Positions 32,118 to 42,261 of a stretch of 64,000 nucleotides of DNA are shown piece by piece (position 1 is the first letter of the stretch; every line of letters begins with the position of its first letter). This DNA is from Betaproteobacteria bacterium (lineage in GTDB: Bacteria > Pseudomonadota > Gammaproteobacteria > Burkholderiales > Rhodocyclaceae). The stretch is taken from assembly GCA_016868295.1 (NCBI GenBank), contig VGHJ01000009.1, forward strand, positions 901 to 64,900, in the 5' to 3' direction. A program made the translations under genes and the position numbers. The notes under the pieces are model-generated. The model did no database searches. It was not told the DNA's origin and saw only the letters and a program-made list of their open reading frames with translations.

Positions 32118-32207
32118 GGCCGCCCGAAGGGGCGCCAGCCACAAACAGGAGCCGCGCAGCGGCGAACCAACGTCACCCCCTCCCTTGGGGAGGGGGCTGG
32201 GGGGAGG
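32118..32207. repeat. Intergenic copy of GC-rich palindromic repeat family
   Basis: ggccgcccgaag...ggagccgcgcagcggcgaacc...cgtcaccccctcccttggggagggggctgggggaggg. Confidence 0.75.
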
Positions 32208-32215
32208 GTGCTCCA

Positions 32216-32980
32216 GTGAGCGCTGCTTTCGCCGACGCCCTGCTGCGGCCGGACGCGCCCTGCCCGGCCGGACTGAAAACCTGGAACGGCTCCGACCCGG
32301 CGCAGCGCTTCGCCGTCTATCGCAACAACGTCATCGTCTCGCTGGTCGACGCGCTGGCCGACAGCTACCCGGTGGTGCAGGCGCTGGTCGGCGAGGATTT
32401 CTTCCGCGCCATGGCCGCCGAGTTCGCCCGCGGCAACCCGCCGCGCTCGCCGGTGCTGGCCTGGTACGGCGCCGGCTTCGCCGACTTCGTGGCGGATTTC
32501 CCGCCCGCCGCCGGCCTGCCCTATCTCGCCGACGTCGCCCGGCTCGAATGGCTGCGCGTCGAGGCCTGGCATGCCGCCGACGCCGATCCCGTGCCGCTGG
32601 CCGAAGTCGGCGCATGCCTGGCCGACGAAGCCGCGCTGCCCGCGCTGCGGCTCACCTTGCATCCGGCGCTGCGCCTGCTGCGCTCGGCGCATCCGGTGGT
32701 GTCGCTGTGGGCGGCGCACCAGGCGGAAGACGTGTCCGCGGCGCTCGGCGCAGTCGATTTCGCCGATGCCGAGGCGGCGCTGGTCGTGCGCGAGGGGCTC
32801 GACGTGGCCATCCTGCACATCGAAGCCGGCGCGGCCGAATTCGTCGACAAGCTGCTGCGGGGCGCCGCCCTCGGCGAAGCCGCGCAGGCCTCCGGGCCAT
32901 TCGACCTTCCCGCCGCCCTCGGCCTGCTGCTGCGCAGCGGCGCCGTCGTGGCGATGACGCCTTCGAGGAGAGCACCATGA
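32216..32980 (+). CDS. DUF2063 MNIO partner protein
   Basis: RFAVYRNNV..SL.DAL..SYPVV..LVGEDFF, YLADVARLEW. Confidence 0.9.
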   Translation: MSAAFADALLRPDAPCPAGLKTWNGSDPAQRFAVYRNNVIVSLVDALADSYPVVQALVGEDFFRAMAAEFARGNPPRSPVLAWYGAGFADFVADFPPAAGLPYLADVARLEWLRVEAWHAADADPVPLAEVGACLADEAALPALRLTLHPALRLLRSAHPVVSLWAAHQAEDVSAALGAVDFADAEAALVVREGLDVAILHIEAGAAEFVDKLLRGAALGEAAQASGPFDLPAALGLLLRSGAVVAMTPSRRAP

Positions 32981-33462
32981 GTCACATCGCCGTCGACCTG
33001 GCGCGCCGCGCCGTCGCTCTGTGCAACCGCATGCCCGACGCGTGGATCGCCCTGCTGGGCCGGTTTTCCGTCGCCGCCATCTTCTGGAAGTCCGGCCAGA
33101 CCAAGATCCAGGGCTTTTCCCTCGACATCGTCTCCGGCGAATTCCAGTTCGGCATGCCGCGCCTCGCCGACGCCGTGGTGGACCTCTTTCGCGACGAGTA
33201 CCGCCTGCCGCTGCTGCCGCCCGAGCTGGCGGCCATCATGGCGGCCTGGGCCGAGCACGTCTTCCCGGCACTGATCCTGCTCGGCCTGGCGACGCGCTTC
33301 TCCGCCCTCGCCCTGCTCATCATGACGGCGACGATCCAGGTCTTCGTCTATCCCGACGCCTATCCGACGCACGGCGTCTGGGCCGCCGTGCTGCTCTTCC
33401 TCGTCGCCCGTGGTCCGGGTCCGCTTTCGCTCGATTCACTCATTGTCAGGCGCTTCGGCTGA
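32977..33462 (+). CDS. DoxX-family membrane protein
   Basis: FWKSGQTK, LFRDEY.LPLLPP, EHVFP.L.LLGLATRFSAL, GPGPLSLD. Confidence 0.9.
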   Translation: MSHIAVDLARRAVALCNRMPDAWIALLGRFSVAAIFWKSGQTKIQGFSLDIVSGEFQFGMPRLADAVVDLFRDEYRLPLLPPELAAIMAAWAEHVFPALILLGLATRFSALALLIMTATIQVFVYPDAYPTHGVWAAVLLFLVARGPGPLSLDSLIVRRFG

Positions 33463-33516
33463 CCCCTGCGGCCGGCCGGCAGCCTTGCAGGTCGTTTCAA
33501 GCCATAATGGCGGCCC

Positions 33517-34005
33517 ATGAAAGCACACCACATCCATTTCGCCACCGGCCTCGGCTGCCTCGCCCTGGTCGGCTTCTCCGTCAATTACCTGCAGGCCGCC
33601 CTCGGCCTGCTGCCCTGCCCGCTCTGCGTCGTGCAGCGCATCGCCTTCATCCTGTTCGGCATCACCGCGCTCATTGCGTCCATGCACCGGCCCGCCGGCA
33701 CGGCGCGCTGGCTGTATGCGGGCCTGCTCGACCTGTGGGCGACGCTGGGCGCGGCGGTCGCCGCCTGGCAGGTGTACCTCACTTACAACCCGCAGGCCGC
33801 CGAATGCGGCATCAGCCCCGAGGAGCGCTTCCTCAACGGCCTGCCGCTGGCGAAGTGGTGGCCGGCGATGTTCGAGGCCAACGGCGACTGCACCAAGGTG
33901 GACTGGACCTTCCTCGGCCTCTCCGTGCCGGAACTCTCGCTGATCGCCTTCGTCCTGCTCTCCGCCTCTGCCCTATACGCAGCGCTGCGCCCCGCCTCGC
34001 GGTAA
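33517..34005 (+). CDS. dsbB: Disulfide bond formation protein B
   Basis: LLPCPLCVVQR, second Cys pair (ECG...GDC), 4 TM. Confidence 0.9.
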   Translation: MKAHHIHFATGLGCLALVGFSVNYLQAALGLLPCPLCVVQRIAFILFGITALIASMHRPAGTARWLYAGLLDLWATLGAAVAAWQVYLTYNPQAAECGISPEERFLNGLPLAKWWPAMFEANGDCTKVDWTFLGLSVPELSLIAFVLLSASALYAALRPASR

Positions 34006-34017
34006 AATCGCGGCATC

Positions 34018-35790
34018 ATGAGCAAAGAAAAAAGCGCGCCCGCCGCGGCGCCCACCCCACCCGTTTCGAATTTCATCCGCCAGATCGTCGAAGCCGACCT
34101 CGCCGCCGGCAAGCACGACGGCGTGACGTGGGGCGGCCAGCCCGGCCCGGCCGCCGCCCACGCCGGCGCGCCCGCCGACCCGGCGAGGATCCGCACGCGC
34201 TTCCCGCCCGAGCCGAACGGCTATCTGCACATCGGCCACGCCAAGTCGATCTGCCTGAATTTCGGCCTGGCGCGCGACTACGCCGGCGCCTGCCACCTGC
34301 GCTTCGACGACACCAACCCGGAGAAGGAGGAGCAGGAGTACGTCGACGCCATTGTCGACGCCGTGCACTGGCTCGGCTTCGACTGGGGCACGCACGGCTA
34401 TTTCGCCTCGGACTACTTCGACTTCATGTACGAGGCGGCGCAGTACCTCATCAGGGCGGGCCATGCCTACGTCGACTCGCAGAGCGCCGAGGAGATGCGC
34501 GCCAGCCGCGGCACGCTGACCGAGCCGGGCAAAAACAGCCCCTACCGAAATCGCAGCGCCGAAGAGAACCTCGACCTCTTCCGCCGCATGGAGGCGGGCG
34601 AGTTCCCCGACGGCGCCCACGTGCTGCGGGCGAAGATCGACATGGCCTCGCCCAACATCAACCTGCGCGACCCGGCCCTCTACCGCATCAAGCACGCCAC
34701 GCACCACCGCGCCGGCGACAAGTGGAACGTGTACCCGATGTACACCTTCGCCCACCCGATCGAGGACGCGCTGGAGCGCATCACCCACTCGATCTGCACC
34801 CTCGAGTTCGAGGACCAGCGCCCGTTCTACGACTGGCTGCTCGACAAATTGGCCGAGGGCGGGCTGCTGGCGAAGCCGCTGCCGCAGCAGGTCGAGTTCG
34901 CCCGCCTCAACCTCTCCTACGTCGTGCTGTCGAAGCGGAAACTCATCCAGCTGGTGCAGGAGCGGCACGTCGACGGCTGGGACGACCCGCGCCTGCCGAC
35001 GCTGGTCGGCGCGCGCCGGCGCGGCTACACGCCGGAGGGCTTCCGCCTCTTCGCCGAGCGCATCGGCGTCGCCAAGGCCGACTCGTGGATCGACTACGGC
35101 GTGCTGGAAGAGTGCATGCGCGACGACCTCAACGCGCGCGCCCTGCGCCGCATCGCCGTGCTCGACCCCTTGAAGCTGGTCATCGACAACTACCCGGCGG
35201 AGCAGGACGAGGAATGCTTCGCGCCGAACCATCCGCAACAGCCCGAACTCGGCAAGCGCGCCGTGCCTTTCTCGAAGGAACTCTGGATCGAGCGCGAGGA
35301 CTTCAGCGAGAACCCGCCGAAGGGCTACTTCCGCCTCTTCCCCGGCAACTCGGTGCGGCTGCGTTACGGCTACGTCGTCAAGTGCACCGGCTGCGACAAG
35401 GACGCCTCGGGCAATGTCGTCGCCGTGCATTGCGAATACCTGCCTGATTCGAAGAGCGGCACGCCCGGCGCCGACGCCTACAAGGTGAAGGGCAACATCC
35501 ACTGGGTCAGCGCGGCGCACGCCTACGCGTGCGAGGTGCGCCTCTACGACCGCCTGTTCCGCGAGCCGAACCCGGGCGCCGGCGGGCGCGACTACCTGGC
35601 GGACCTCAACCCGGATTCGAAGACGCTCATCAAGGCCTGCCTCGAACCGGCGCTGAAGGAAGCCAAACCGGAGGAACGCTTCCAGTTCGAGCGCCACGGC
35701 TACTTCGTCGCCGACCGCGTCGACTCGAAGCCCGGCGCGCCGGTGTTCAACCGGGCGGTGACGCTGAAGGACTCCTGGATTAAAGGCTGA
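34018..35790 (+). CDS. glnS: Glutaminyl-tRNA synthetase
   Basis: RFPPEPNGYLHIGHAKS, RFDDTNP, LSKRKL, WDDPRLPT, FQFERHGYF. Confidence 0.97.
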   Translation: MSKEKSAPAAAPTPPVSNFIRQIVEADLAAGKHDGVTWGGQPGPAAAHAGAPADPARIRTRFPPEPNGYLHIGHAKSICLNFGLARDYAGACHLRFDDTNPEKEEQEYVDAIVDAVHWLGFDWGTHGYFASDYFDFMYEAAQYLIRAGHAYVDSQSAEEMRASRGTLTEPGKNSPYRNRSAEENLDLFRRMEAGEFPDGAHVLRAKIDMASPNINLRDPALYRIKHATHHRAGDKWNVYPMYTFAHPIEDALERITHSICTLEFEDQRPFYDWLLDKLAEGGLLAKPLPQQVEFARLNLSYVVLSKRKLIQLVQERHVDGWDDPRLPTLVGARRRGYTPEGFRLFAERIGVAKADSWIDYGVLEECMRDDLNARALRRIAVLDPLKLVIDNYPAEQDEECFAPNHPQQPELGKRAVPFSKELWIEREDFSENPPKGYFRLFPGNSVRLRYGYVVKCTGCDKDASGNVVAVHCEYLPDSKSGTPGADAYKVKGNIHWVSAAHAYACEVRLYDRLFREPNPGAGGRDYLADLNPDSKTLIKACLEPALKEAKPEERFQFERHGYFVADRVDSKPGAPVFNRAVTLKDSWIKG

Positions 35791-36300
35791 TCCGCCGGAT
35801 CTCGTCGATATCCAGCGCGACGAGATTCGGGAAGGGCATCGGCCTGTCGCCGAACAGCGTGGGCCAGATGCGGCGCTTCGTCGCCGCTTTCAATCCGCCG
35901 AAGTCGCGGTAGGCCTCGCACAGATGCGCGGCATGGGCCCAGCCGCCGACCACTTCCGCCGTGTAGTCCAGTCGCGTCAGCAAGCCCTGCTCGTCGAAAT
36001 AAAACACCTGTCGGCGGCTGTGCGTCGGGATGTCGGGCGGGAAGAGCGCGACGATGCGCTCGACCTTGCCTTGCGCACCCTCGAGCGGCGGCAGCCGCTC
36101 GAATTCGAAGCCGGGGCGCAGGAAGAGGAACGGCGTCGTCAGGTAGTTCCAGGTGGCGTAGCCGCCGAAGTAGAGGAAATCCAGTTCGTCCCAGCGGAAC
36201 TGCCGGCGCAGGCCGCGGAAGGCCTCGCGCCGCGCCAGAACGCCTCCCCGCCGTGCGCGGCGATGGTCCGGTCGAGGATGGACTGGGCTGTGCGTTCCAC
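35780..36300 (-). pseudogene. Hypothetical-protein gene with internal deletion/frameshift at ~36230
   Basis: N-part MERTAQSILDRTIAAHGGEAFWR joins out of frame to REAFRG...WDELDFLYFGGYATWNYLTTPF...FYFDEQGLL.RLDY. Confidence 0.6.
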
Positions 36301-36301
36301 G

Positions 36302-36520
36302 CTAGCCCTTCCGCTTCGGCTCCACCGGCCCCATGCTCGGCGCGAGCTCGGCGCGGCCTTCGCGCAGCGCCTCGCGCTGCTGCTCGTCCGTGTAGGCCAC
36401 CCACCAGTCGCGCTCGTCCTGGGTGCGGCAGCAGCCCTTGCAGAGGCCGACGGCTTCGTCCATCTCGCAGACCTTGACGCAGGGCGAGCGCACGGGGGTG
36501 GGGGTGGGGGCCTTATTCAT
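36302..36520 (-). CDS. DUF1289 small Cys-rich protein
   Basis: SPCVKVCEMD...LCKGC.RT..E..WW. Confidence 0.85.
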   Translation of the reverse strand: MNKAPTPTPVRSPCVKVCEMDEAVGLCKGCCRTQDERDWWVAYTDEQQREALREGRAELAPSMGPVEPKRKG

Positions 36521-36530
36521 GGGATCGATG

Positions 36531-39005
36531 TCAGTGCCCGTTGGCGGCACTCTCGCCGGCCATGCGCAGGATGGTCTGGCGCACTTCGGCGGAGAGCACC
36601 AGCTCGGCGTGCGCGGCGGGCACGGTGATGCGTTCGTCGAAATGCAGCAGCCCGTCCGCATCCTCCCGCAGGATGCCCGAGTCGACGAACTGGGTGACGA
36701 CGCCGGCGAAGAGCGACTTCTCCGAGAACTCCGGCGCATTGAACTCGTAGAGCAGCGCCAGGCGCTGGGCGAGGAGGTGGCTCGACTCCTCGAGCGCGCG
36801 CCGCGTGATGCGGCCGGAGCCGTGCCGCTGCAGCAGGGCCAGGGTGAGGAAGTGCCGCTCGAGCGTCGGGCGGATGGTCTCGCCGAGCAGGCGCAGCTCG
36901 GCGAAGGCCTGGCTGTGCGGTTCGGGCGCGGCGTAGCGGCCGGTCTCGGGGTTCTGCCGCATCAGGCCGCGCGCGGTGAGTGCCGCGATGGCCGCCGCCA
37001 TCGCGCCCGACAGCGCGGACGGCGGCCAGTGCAGGAACAGCTCGGCGCGCAGCAGCATGTAGATGCCGGACACCACCTCGTCCATGCGGTGAGCCTCGAT
37101 GCGGCGGTTGCGCCCGAGCAGGCAGGCGACCAGCGCCGGCAGGGCGAAAAAATGCAGCACGTTGTTGCGGAAGTAGGCCAGCAGGGGCGCGGCGTCGGCG
37201 CGCACGCGCACCAGTTCGCCCAGTGCGTGCGGCAGGCGTTCGACGAAGCCGAGCTGCTCGGCATAGGCGACGACCTCGGCCGCGGTCAGCTCGCAGCCCG
37301 CCGCGCCGGGCGAATAGGGCGCCGTGCGCAGCAGGGCCTGGTAGTGCTCGATCAGGCGCAGCAGCGCCTGCGCGTCGGCGGTGTGCTTCGGCGTCGCCAG
37401 CAGGGCGAGGGCGACGAGGTTGACCGGCGTCACCACCGCCGCCGCGTTGATGCGCCGCGCCACTTCCTCGGCGGCGGCGCGGACGAGGGGGCGCACCCAG
37501 GAATCATTCCCGTCGCCATCCTCGCGCCAGCCGGGATGCTGGGCGTCGAGGAACTCGGCCAGCGCGAGCGGCTCGCCGAAGTTCACGTGCACCTTGCCGA
37601 ACTTGCGCCCGAGCAGGCGCCAGGCGCCCAGCAGGCCCGAGAGCGATTCGCCGCGCTTCGGCCTGCCCTGCAGTTCGTCGAGGAAGGACTGCCCCTCGAG
37701 CAGCTTCTCGTAGCCGAGGTACACCGGCACGAAGACGAGCGGCCGCGCCTGCTCGCGCAGAAAGCTGCGCACGGTCATGCCGAGGATGCCGGTGCGCGGC
37801 GCCAGCATGCGCCCGCTGCGGCTGCGCCCGCCCTCGAGGAAGAACTCGATGGGAAAGCCGCGCGCGATCATCATGTGCAGGTATTCGTGGAACACCGCGG
37901 CGTAGAGCGGATCGCCCTTGAAGCTGCGCCGCAGGAAGAAGGCGCCGCCGCGGCGCAGCAGCGGCCCGATGACCGGCATGTTGAGGTTCTCGCCGGCGGC
38001 GATGTGCGGCGGGGTGAGGCCGCGCTGGTAGACGACGTAGGACAGCAGCAGGTAATCGATGTGGCTGCGGTGGCAGGGCAGGTAGACGATGCCCTGGCCC
38101 GGCGCGATGCGGGCAAGGGTCTCGAAGTGGCGCACCTCGACGCCGCCGTAGAGGCGCGTCCACAGCCAGGTGAGGAAGAGCACGAAGGCGCGCACCACGC
38201 CGTAGGTGTAGTCGGAGGCGATCTCCAGGGCGAAGCCGCGCGCCGCGTGTTCCGCCGAGGCTTGCGAAACGCCCTTGGCCGCCGCCTCGGCGGCGATCGC
38301 CGCGCGCACCGCCGGCGCCGCGAGCAGGGCGTCGACCTGCGTGTTGCGGTGGGAGAGGTCCGGTCCGATGGCGATCTCGCGCTGGCGGCGGAAATGCACG
38401 CGCAGCACGCGCGAGAGCTTGCGCACCGCGCGCGCCTCGTCCGGCTCGCCCTCGAGCAGCGCGCGCAGCGAAAGCGGCGCGCCGAAGTTCAGCATGGCCT
38501 GGCGGCCGTGCAGCAGGACGGCGAAGAACTGGCGCAACCGCCCCGGCGCGCGCCAGGTCTCGGCGAAGAGCGCCTTGAGGATGGTCTCCTGCTTGTCGGG
38601 CGCCCGCCCCCAGAGCAGGGAGACGGGCACGATCTGCACGTCGCAGGCGGGATCGGCGAGGGCCGCCCTGACCATGCCGACCATCAGCGGGGAATGTCCG
38701 TAGCGCTCCTTCGCCGTCGACACGAGGCGGCGCGGGCGCGCGATGAAGAAGAAGGAGCGCCGCGACTTCAGCGCGCCGAGCGCGATCGGGGCGCGCGGCG
38801 GCGGCAGGCCGGCGCGGCGCGTCTCCTCCATCAGCACCAGCAGGTTGGACAGGTAGCGCTCGTCGAGCACGTAGCACGCCGGGCGCGCCTGATCGAGACC
38901 GAGCGCCTCCGGCTTGTCCGGCAGCACGGCCGGCTTCACCCAGAGGTAGAGCAGCCGCCGCAGCAGGGCGAGGGTGAGTCCGGTCAAATCCAGCGGTCGG
39001 GACAT
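36531..39005 (-). CDS. plsB: Glycerol-3-phosphate acyltransferase
   Basis: PCHRSHIDYLLLSY, AAGENLN, GAFFLRRSF, FFLEGGRSRSG. Confidence 0.95.
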   Translation of the reverse strand: MSRPLDLTGLTLALLRRLLYLWVKPAVLPDKPEALGLDQARPACYVLDERYLSNLLVLMEETRRAGLPPPRAPIALGALKSRRSFFFIARPRRLVSTAKERYGHSPLMVGMVRAALADPACDVQIVPVSLLWGRAPDKQETILKALFAETWRAPGRLRQFFAVLLHGRQAMLNFGAPLSLRALLEGEPDEARAVRKLSRVLRVHFRRQREIAIGPDLSHRNTQVDALLAAPAVRAAIAAEAAAKGVSQASAEHAARGFALEIASDYTYGVVRAFVLFLTWLWTRLYGGVEVRHFETLARIAPGQGIVYLPCHRSHIDYLLLSYVVYQRGLTPPHIAAGENLNMPVIGPLLRRGGAFFLRRSFKGDPLYAAVFHEYLHMMIARGFPIEFFLEGGRSRSGRMLAPRTGILGMTVRSFLREQARPLVFVPVYLGYEKLLEGQSFLDELQGRPKRGESLSGLLGAWRLLGRKFGKVHVNFGEPLALAEFLDAQHPGWREDGDGNDSWVRPLVRAAAEEVARRINAAAVVTPVNLVALALLATPKHTADAQALLRLIEHYQALLRTAPYSPGAAGCELTAAEVVAYAEQLGFVERLPHALGELVRVRADAAPLLAYFRNNVLHFFALPALVACLLGRNRRIEAHRMDEVVSGIYMLLRAELFLHWPPSALSGAMAAAIAALTARGLMRQNPETGRYAAPEPHSQAFAELRLLGETIRPTLERHFLTLALLQRHGSGRITRRALEESSHLLAQRLALLYEFNAPEFSEKSLFAGVVTQFVDSGILREDADGLLHFDERITVPAAHAELVLSAEVRQTILRMAGESAANGH

Positions 39006-39079
39006 TCTGGGGCGCAAGGCCTAAATGCAGGTCGGTTGCCGGGAGTATACTTGCCTCCTTGCCGAGGAGCCCAGCCCGC

Positions 39080-39754
39080 ATGAATGCATTGCCCGCCCTG
39101 CCCCGCTACACCCTGCGCGAGGAGATCGCCAGCAGCGTCACGCACGGCATCGGCATCCTGCTCGCCATCGCCGGCCTGGCCGTGCTGGTCGCCTTCGCCG
39201 CCATAAACGGCGACGCCTGGCACGTGACGAGCTGCAGCATCTTCGGCGCCGCCCTGATCCTCTGCTTCACCACCTCCACGCTCTACCACAGCGTGCAGGT
39301 CGAGCGCCTCAAGCACACCCTGCGCGCCCTCGACCATGCCGCCATCTTCGTCCTCATCGCCGGCACCTACACCCCCTTCCTGCTGGTGAACCTGCGCGGG
39401 CCGTGGGGCTGGTCGCTCCTCGCCGTGATCTGGGGACTGACTTTTGCCGGCATCGGCCTGCGCCTCTTCCTCAAGGGTCGGCTGCACGGCCTGGTGGTGT
39501 CGATCTACATCGCCATGGGCTGGATCGTGGTGGTGGCGGCCGAGCCGATGCTGCGCCATGTCGGCACCGGCGGCCTGATCCTGCTCGCCGCGGGCGGACT
39601 CGCCTACACCGCCGGCGTCGCCTTCTACAAGTGGAAGCGCCTGCCCTACAACCACGCCATCTGGCACGGCTTCGTGCTGGCCGGCGCGGCGCTGCACTTC
39701 TTCGCCGTGCTGTTCTACGTCATTCCCTGGCCGGGCACGGTAGCCGCCGCCTAA
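39080..39754 (+). CDS. Hemolysin III / PAQR-family membrane protein
   Basis: EEIASSVTHGIG, STLYH, DHAAIFVLIAGTYTP, NHAIWHGFVL. Confidence 0.92.
   Translation: MNALPALPRYTLREEIASSVTHGIGILLAIAGLAVLVAFAAINGDAWHVTSCSIFGAALILCFTTSTLYHSVQVERLKHTLRALDHAAIFVLIAGTYTPFLLVNLRGPWGWSLLAVIWGLTFAGIGLRLFLKGRLHGLVVSIYIAMGWIVVVAAEPMLRHVGTGGLILLAAGGLAYTAGVAFYKWKRLPYNHAIWHGFVLAGAALHFFAVLFYVIPWPGTVAAA
39421..39445 (-). repeat. Dispersed motif, exact copy inside hemolysin III gene
   Basis: Reverse complement aaaagtcagtccccagatcacggcg. Confidence 0.85.
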
Positions 39755-39820
39755 GGGCTGTGGCACACTAGCCGCCCGAGCCGCCGCAGAGCGGACAGCA
39801 AACCACCCAAGGAGAACCGC

Positions 39821-40246
39821 ATGGCCGCCCCACTGCCGCCGTTTCACCTCGCCTTCCCCGTCACCGACCTCGAGCGCGCGCGCGAGTTCTACGGCAAGTT
39901 CCTCGGCTGTCCCGAGGGGCGCAGTTCGGACGAGTGGGTGGACTTCAACTTCCGCGGCCACCAGATCGTCGCCCATCTCGTCAAGCGGCTCGGCGCGGAC
40001 GACCCGACCAACAGCGTCGACGGCAAGCAGGTGCCGGTGCGCCACTTCGGCCTGGTGCTGCCGATCGACGAGTGGCAGCGCCTGGCCGAGCGCTTCCGCG
40101 CCGCCGGCATGGAGTTCGTCATCGAGCCCTATGTGCGCTTCAAGGGCCAGCCGGGCGAGCAGGCCACCATGTTCATCATGGACCCCTTCGGCAACGCGCT
40201 GGAGTTCAAGGCCTTCAGCGATCCGGCGCGGCTGTTCGCCAAGTAG
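39821..40246 (+). CDS. VOC/glyoxalase-family protein
   Basis: [42 protein letters not shown]. Confidence 0.9.
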   Translation: MAAPLPPFHLAFPVTDLERAREFYGKFLGCPEGRSSDEWVDFNFRGHQIVAHLVKRLGADDPTNSVDGKQVPVRHFGLVLPIDEWQRLAERFRAAGMEFVIEPYVRFKGQPGEQATMFIMDPFGNALEFKAFSDPARLFAK

Positions 40247-40252
40247 GGCCTG

Positions 40253-40268
40253 TTCACGTTTTTTTCAC
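40253..40268 (+). promoter_or_regulatory. ColR-box-like operator
   Basis: TTCACGTTTTTTTCAC; related box at 44281-44296. Confidence 0.6.
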
Positions 40269-40335
40269 GTCATCTTGAAGCGGTCTTGACGCCCCGCTTG
40301 ATACGGTATGGCCCGTACGATTACGGAGCCCTGCC

Positions 40336-42216
40336 ATGCCTGCCCTGCCGTCCGCCCGCCAGCTCAACCGCTATTTCCTTTTTTCCTGGCTGATCGCCCT
40401 CGCCCTCGTCGCCGGCCTTCAAAGCGCACGGCAGTTTCTCGTGCCCGCCGTCGCCGGCTGGACCCTGGCAGCGACGCTGAGCTACGCCTTCCTCTACCTG
40501 CTGCCGGCGCTGCTCGCCACGCATCTGCTGCGGCTGGCTATCAGGAAGACCTCGCCGAAAACCGGCTCTGCCCTGCTCGCCGCCACCGCCGTCGGCCTGA
40601 CGACACTGACCCAGACCCTGCTCTACGCCGACCGCATCATCCGCGACATGTACGGCTTCCACATCAACGGCTTCGTCATCGACCTCGTGTCCACGCCCGG
40701 CGGCATCGATTCCCTCGGCGCCACCACGGCGACCCAACTGACGGCGGCGGGAATCGTCAGTCTGCTCGGAGCGGCGCAGGCCGGTCTGTATATCTGGATC
40801 GTGCGCCGCGACGGCCTGGCACGGTGGACGGTAAGAATCCGCTGGCGCTGGGCGCTTCTCGCCGTCGCCCTCCTCGGCATGGGCGAACGCATGGCCTACG
40901 CCTACAGCGCCGCCTCGAACTACCAGCCCATCCTCTTCGCCAGCGAGCGCTATCCGCTCTACCAGCCGCTCACCATGCGCAAGCTGGCCAAGCACCTCGG
41001 CATCGAGTCGCCCCGCGGCGAGGCGCAAAGCCTGAACGTGCGCGAGGGCAGCCTCGCCTATCCGCTGACGCCGCTGCGCGTCGAGACGCCGAAGGCGCCG
41101 CTCAACGTCGTCTGGCTGGTGGCCGAGTCGCTGCGCTTCGACATGCTCGACGCGAGGATCATGCCGCGCCTGTGGGCCTTCTCCAACGACGCGCTGCGAC
41201 TGGAAAAACATTACAGCGGCGGCAACCTGACGCAGATGGGCGTCTTCTCGATGTTCTACGGCCTCTACGGCAACAACTGGTTTCCCATGCACGCGGCGCG
41301 GCGCGCGCCGGTGCTGATGGACGTGCTGCAACGGCAGGATTACCAGTTCGCCCTGCACACCAGCCAGCGCTTCACCTATCCGGCCTTCGACAAGACCGTT
41401 TTCGTGAACATGCGTGCCGAGGACATGCACGCCTTCGAATCCGGCCCGCCGCCCTGGCAGCGCGATGCGAAGAACATCGACGACATCCTCGCCTTCATCG
41501 ACCGGCGCGAGCCGTCGCGGCCCTTCATGAGCTACATGTTCTTCGAGTCCACCCACGCGCCCTACGACTTCCCGCAGGAGGGCGCCATCGCGCGGCCCTA
41601 CCTGGAGAACTTCAACTACCTGACGGCCGACTTCGCCACGCAAACGCCGCAGATCAAGAACCGCTACATCAACGCCGCGCACCACGTCGACGCCCAGATC
41701 GGCCGCGTCATCGACCATCTAAAGGCGAAGGGCCTGCTCGAGAAAACCGTGGTCATCGTGCTCGGCGACCACGGCGAGGAATTCATGGAACGCGGCCGCT
41801 GGGGCCACAGCGCGGAATTCAACCGCTTCCAGACCGGCACGCCGGCGGTGATCCGCGTGCCCGGCCAGGCGCCACGCGTCGTTTCCGGCATCACCAGCCA
41901 CCTCGATATCCCGGCCACCCTCATGCCGCTGCTCGGCGTGAAGAACCCGCCGTCCGACTACTCGCATGGCTACGACCTGCTGGCGCCCGGCTACCGGCGC
42001 GAATATGCCGTCGCAGCCGACTGGAACCGCATCGCCTACCTCGGCGACGACTTCAAGGTGTCCTTCCCGCTGAATGCTTTGGGCGCCATCCGCAACGAGG
42101 TCACCGACGGGGACGACCGCCCACTGGCCGATTCGTCCGGCGTGATCAAGGCGATCCGCACTGCCATGCTGGAGATCATGGGCAATCTTTCCCGCTTCAG
42201 CCGCGCCCCGTCCTGA
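40336..42216 (+). CDS. Membrane-anchored sulfatase-like protein (YejM/PbgA, DUF3413-like)
   Basis: 5 N-terminal TM, HYSGGN.T..G.FSMFYGL, GDHGEEF, WGH, TSHLDIPAT. Confidence 0.8.
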   Translation: MPALPSARQLNRYFLFSWLIALALVAGLQSARQFLVPAVAGWTLAATLSYAFLYLLPALLATHLLRLAIRKTSPKTGSALLAATAVGLTTLTQTLLYADRIIRDMYGFHINGFVIDLVSTPGGIDSLGATTATQLTAAGIVSLLGAAQAGLYIWIVRRDGLARWTVRIRWRWALLAVALLGMGERMAYAYSAASNYQPILFASERYPLYQPLTMRKLAKHLGIESPRGEAQSLNVREGSLAYPLTPLRVETPKAPLNVVWLVAESLRFDMLDARIMPRLWAFSNDALRLEKHYSGGNLTQMGVFSMFYGLYGNNWFPMHAARRAPVLMDVLQRQDYQFALHTSQRFTYPAFDKTVFVNMRAEDMHAFESGPPPWQRDAKNIDDILAFIDRREPSRPFMSYMFFESTHAPYDFPQEGAIARPYLENFNYLTADFATQTPQIKNRYINAAHHVDAQIGRVIDHLKAKGLLEKTVVIVLGDHGEEFMERGRWGHSAEFNRFQTGTPAVIRVPGQAPRVVSGITSHLDIPATLMPLLGVKNPPSDYSHGYDLLAPGYRREYAVAADWNRIAYLGDDFKVSFPLNALGAIRNEVTDGDDRPLADSSGVIKAIRTAMLEIMGNLSRFSRAPS

Positions 42217-42261
42217 TCGTGGAATGGTAGTCTTGCGCTTCCGCAAGAAGGCACGGCATCG

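Noticed and set aside
39762-39778. Sigma-54-like TGGCAC...GC upstream of the VOC gene
   Set aside because: GG-N10-GC spacing is present but the -12 TTGC context is poor (CCGC).
40752-40776. Weak match to the dispersed motif (aatcgtcagtc-N8-gcggcg); also 29468-29489
   Set aside because: One mismatch in each half and the invariant spacer C is absent (four mismatches for 29468); not counted.
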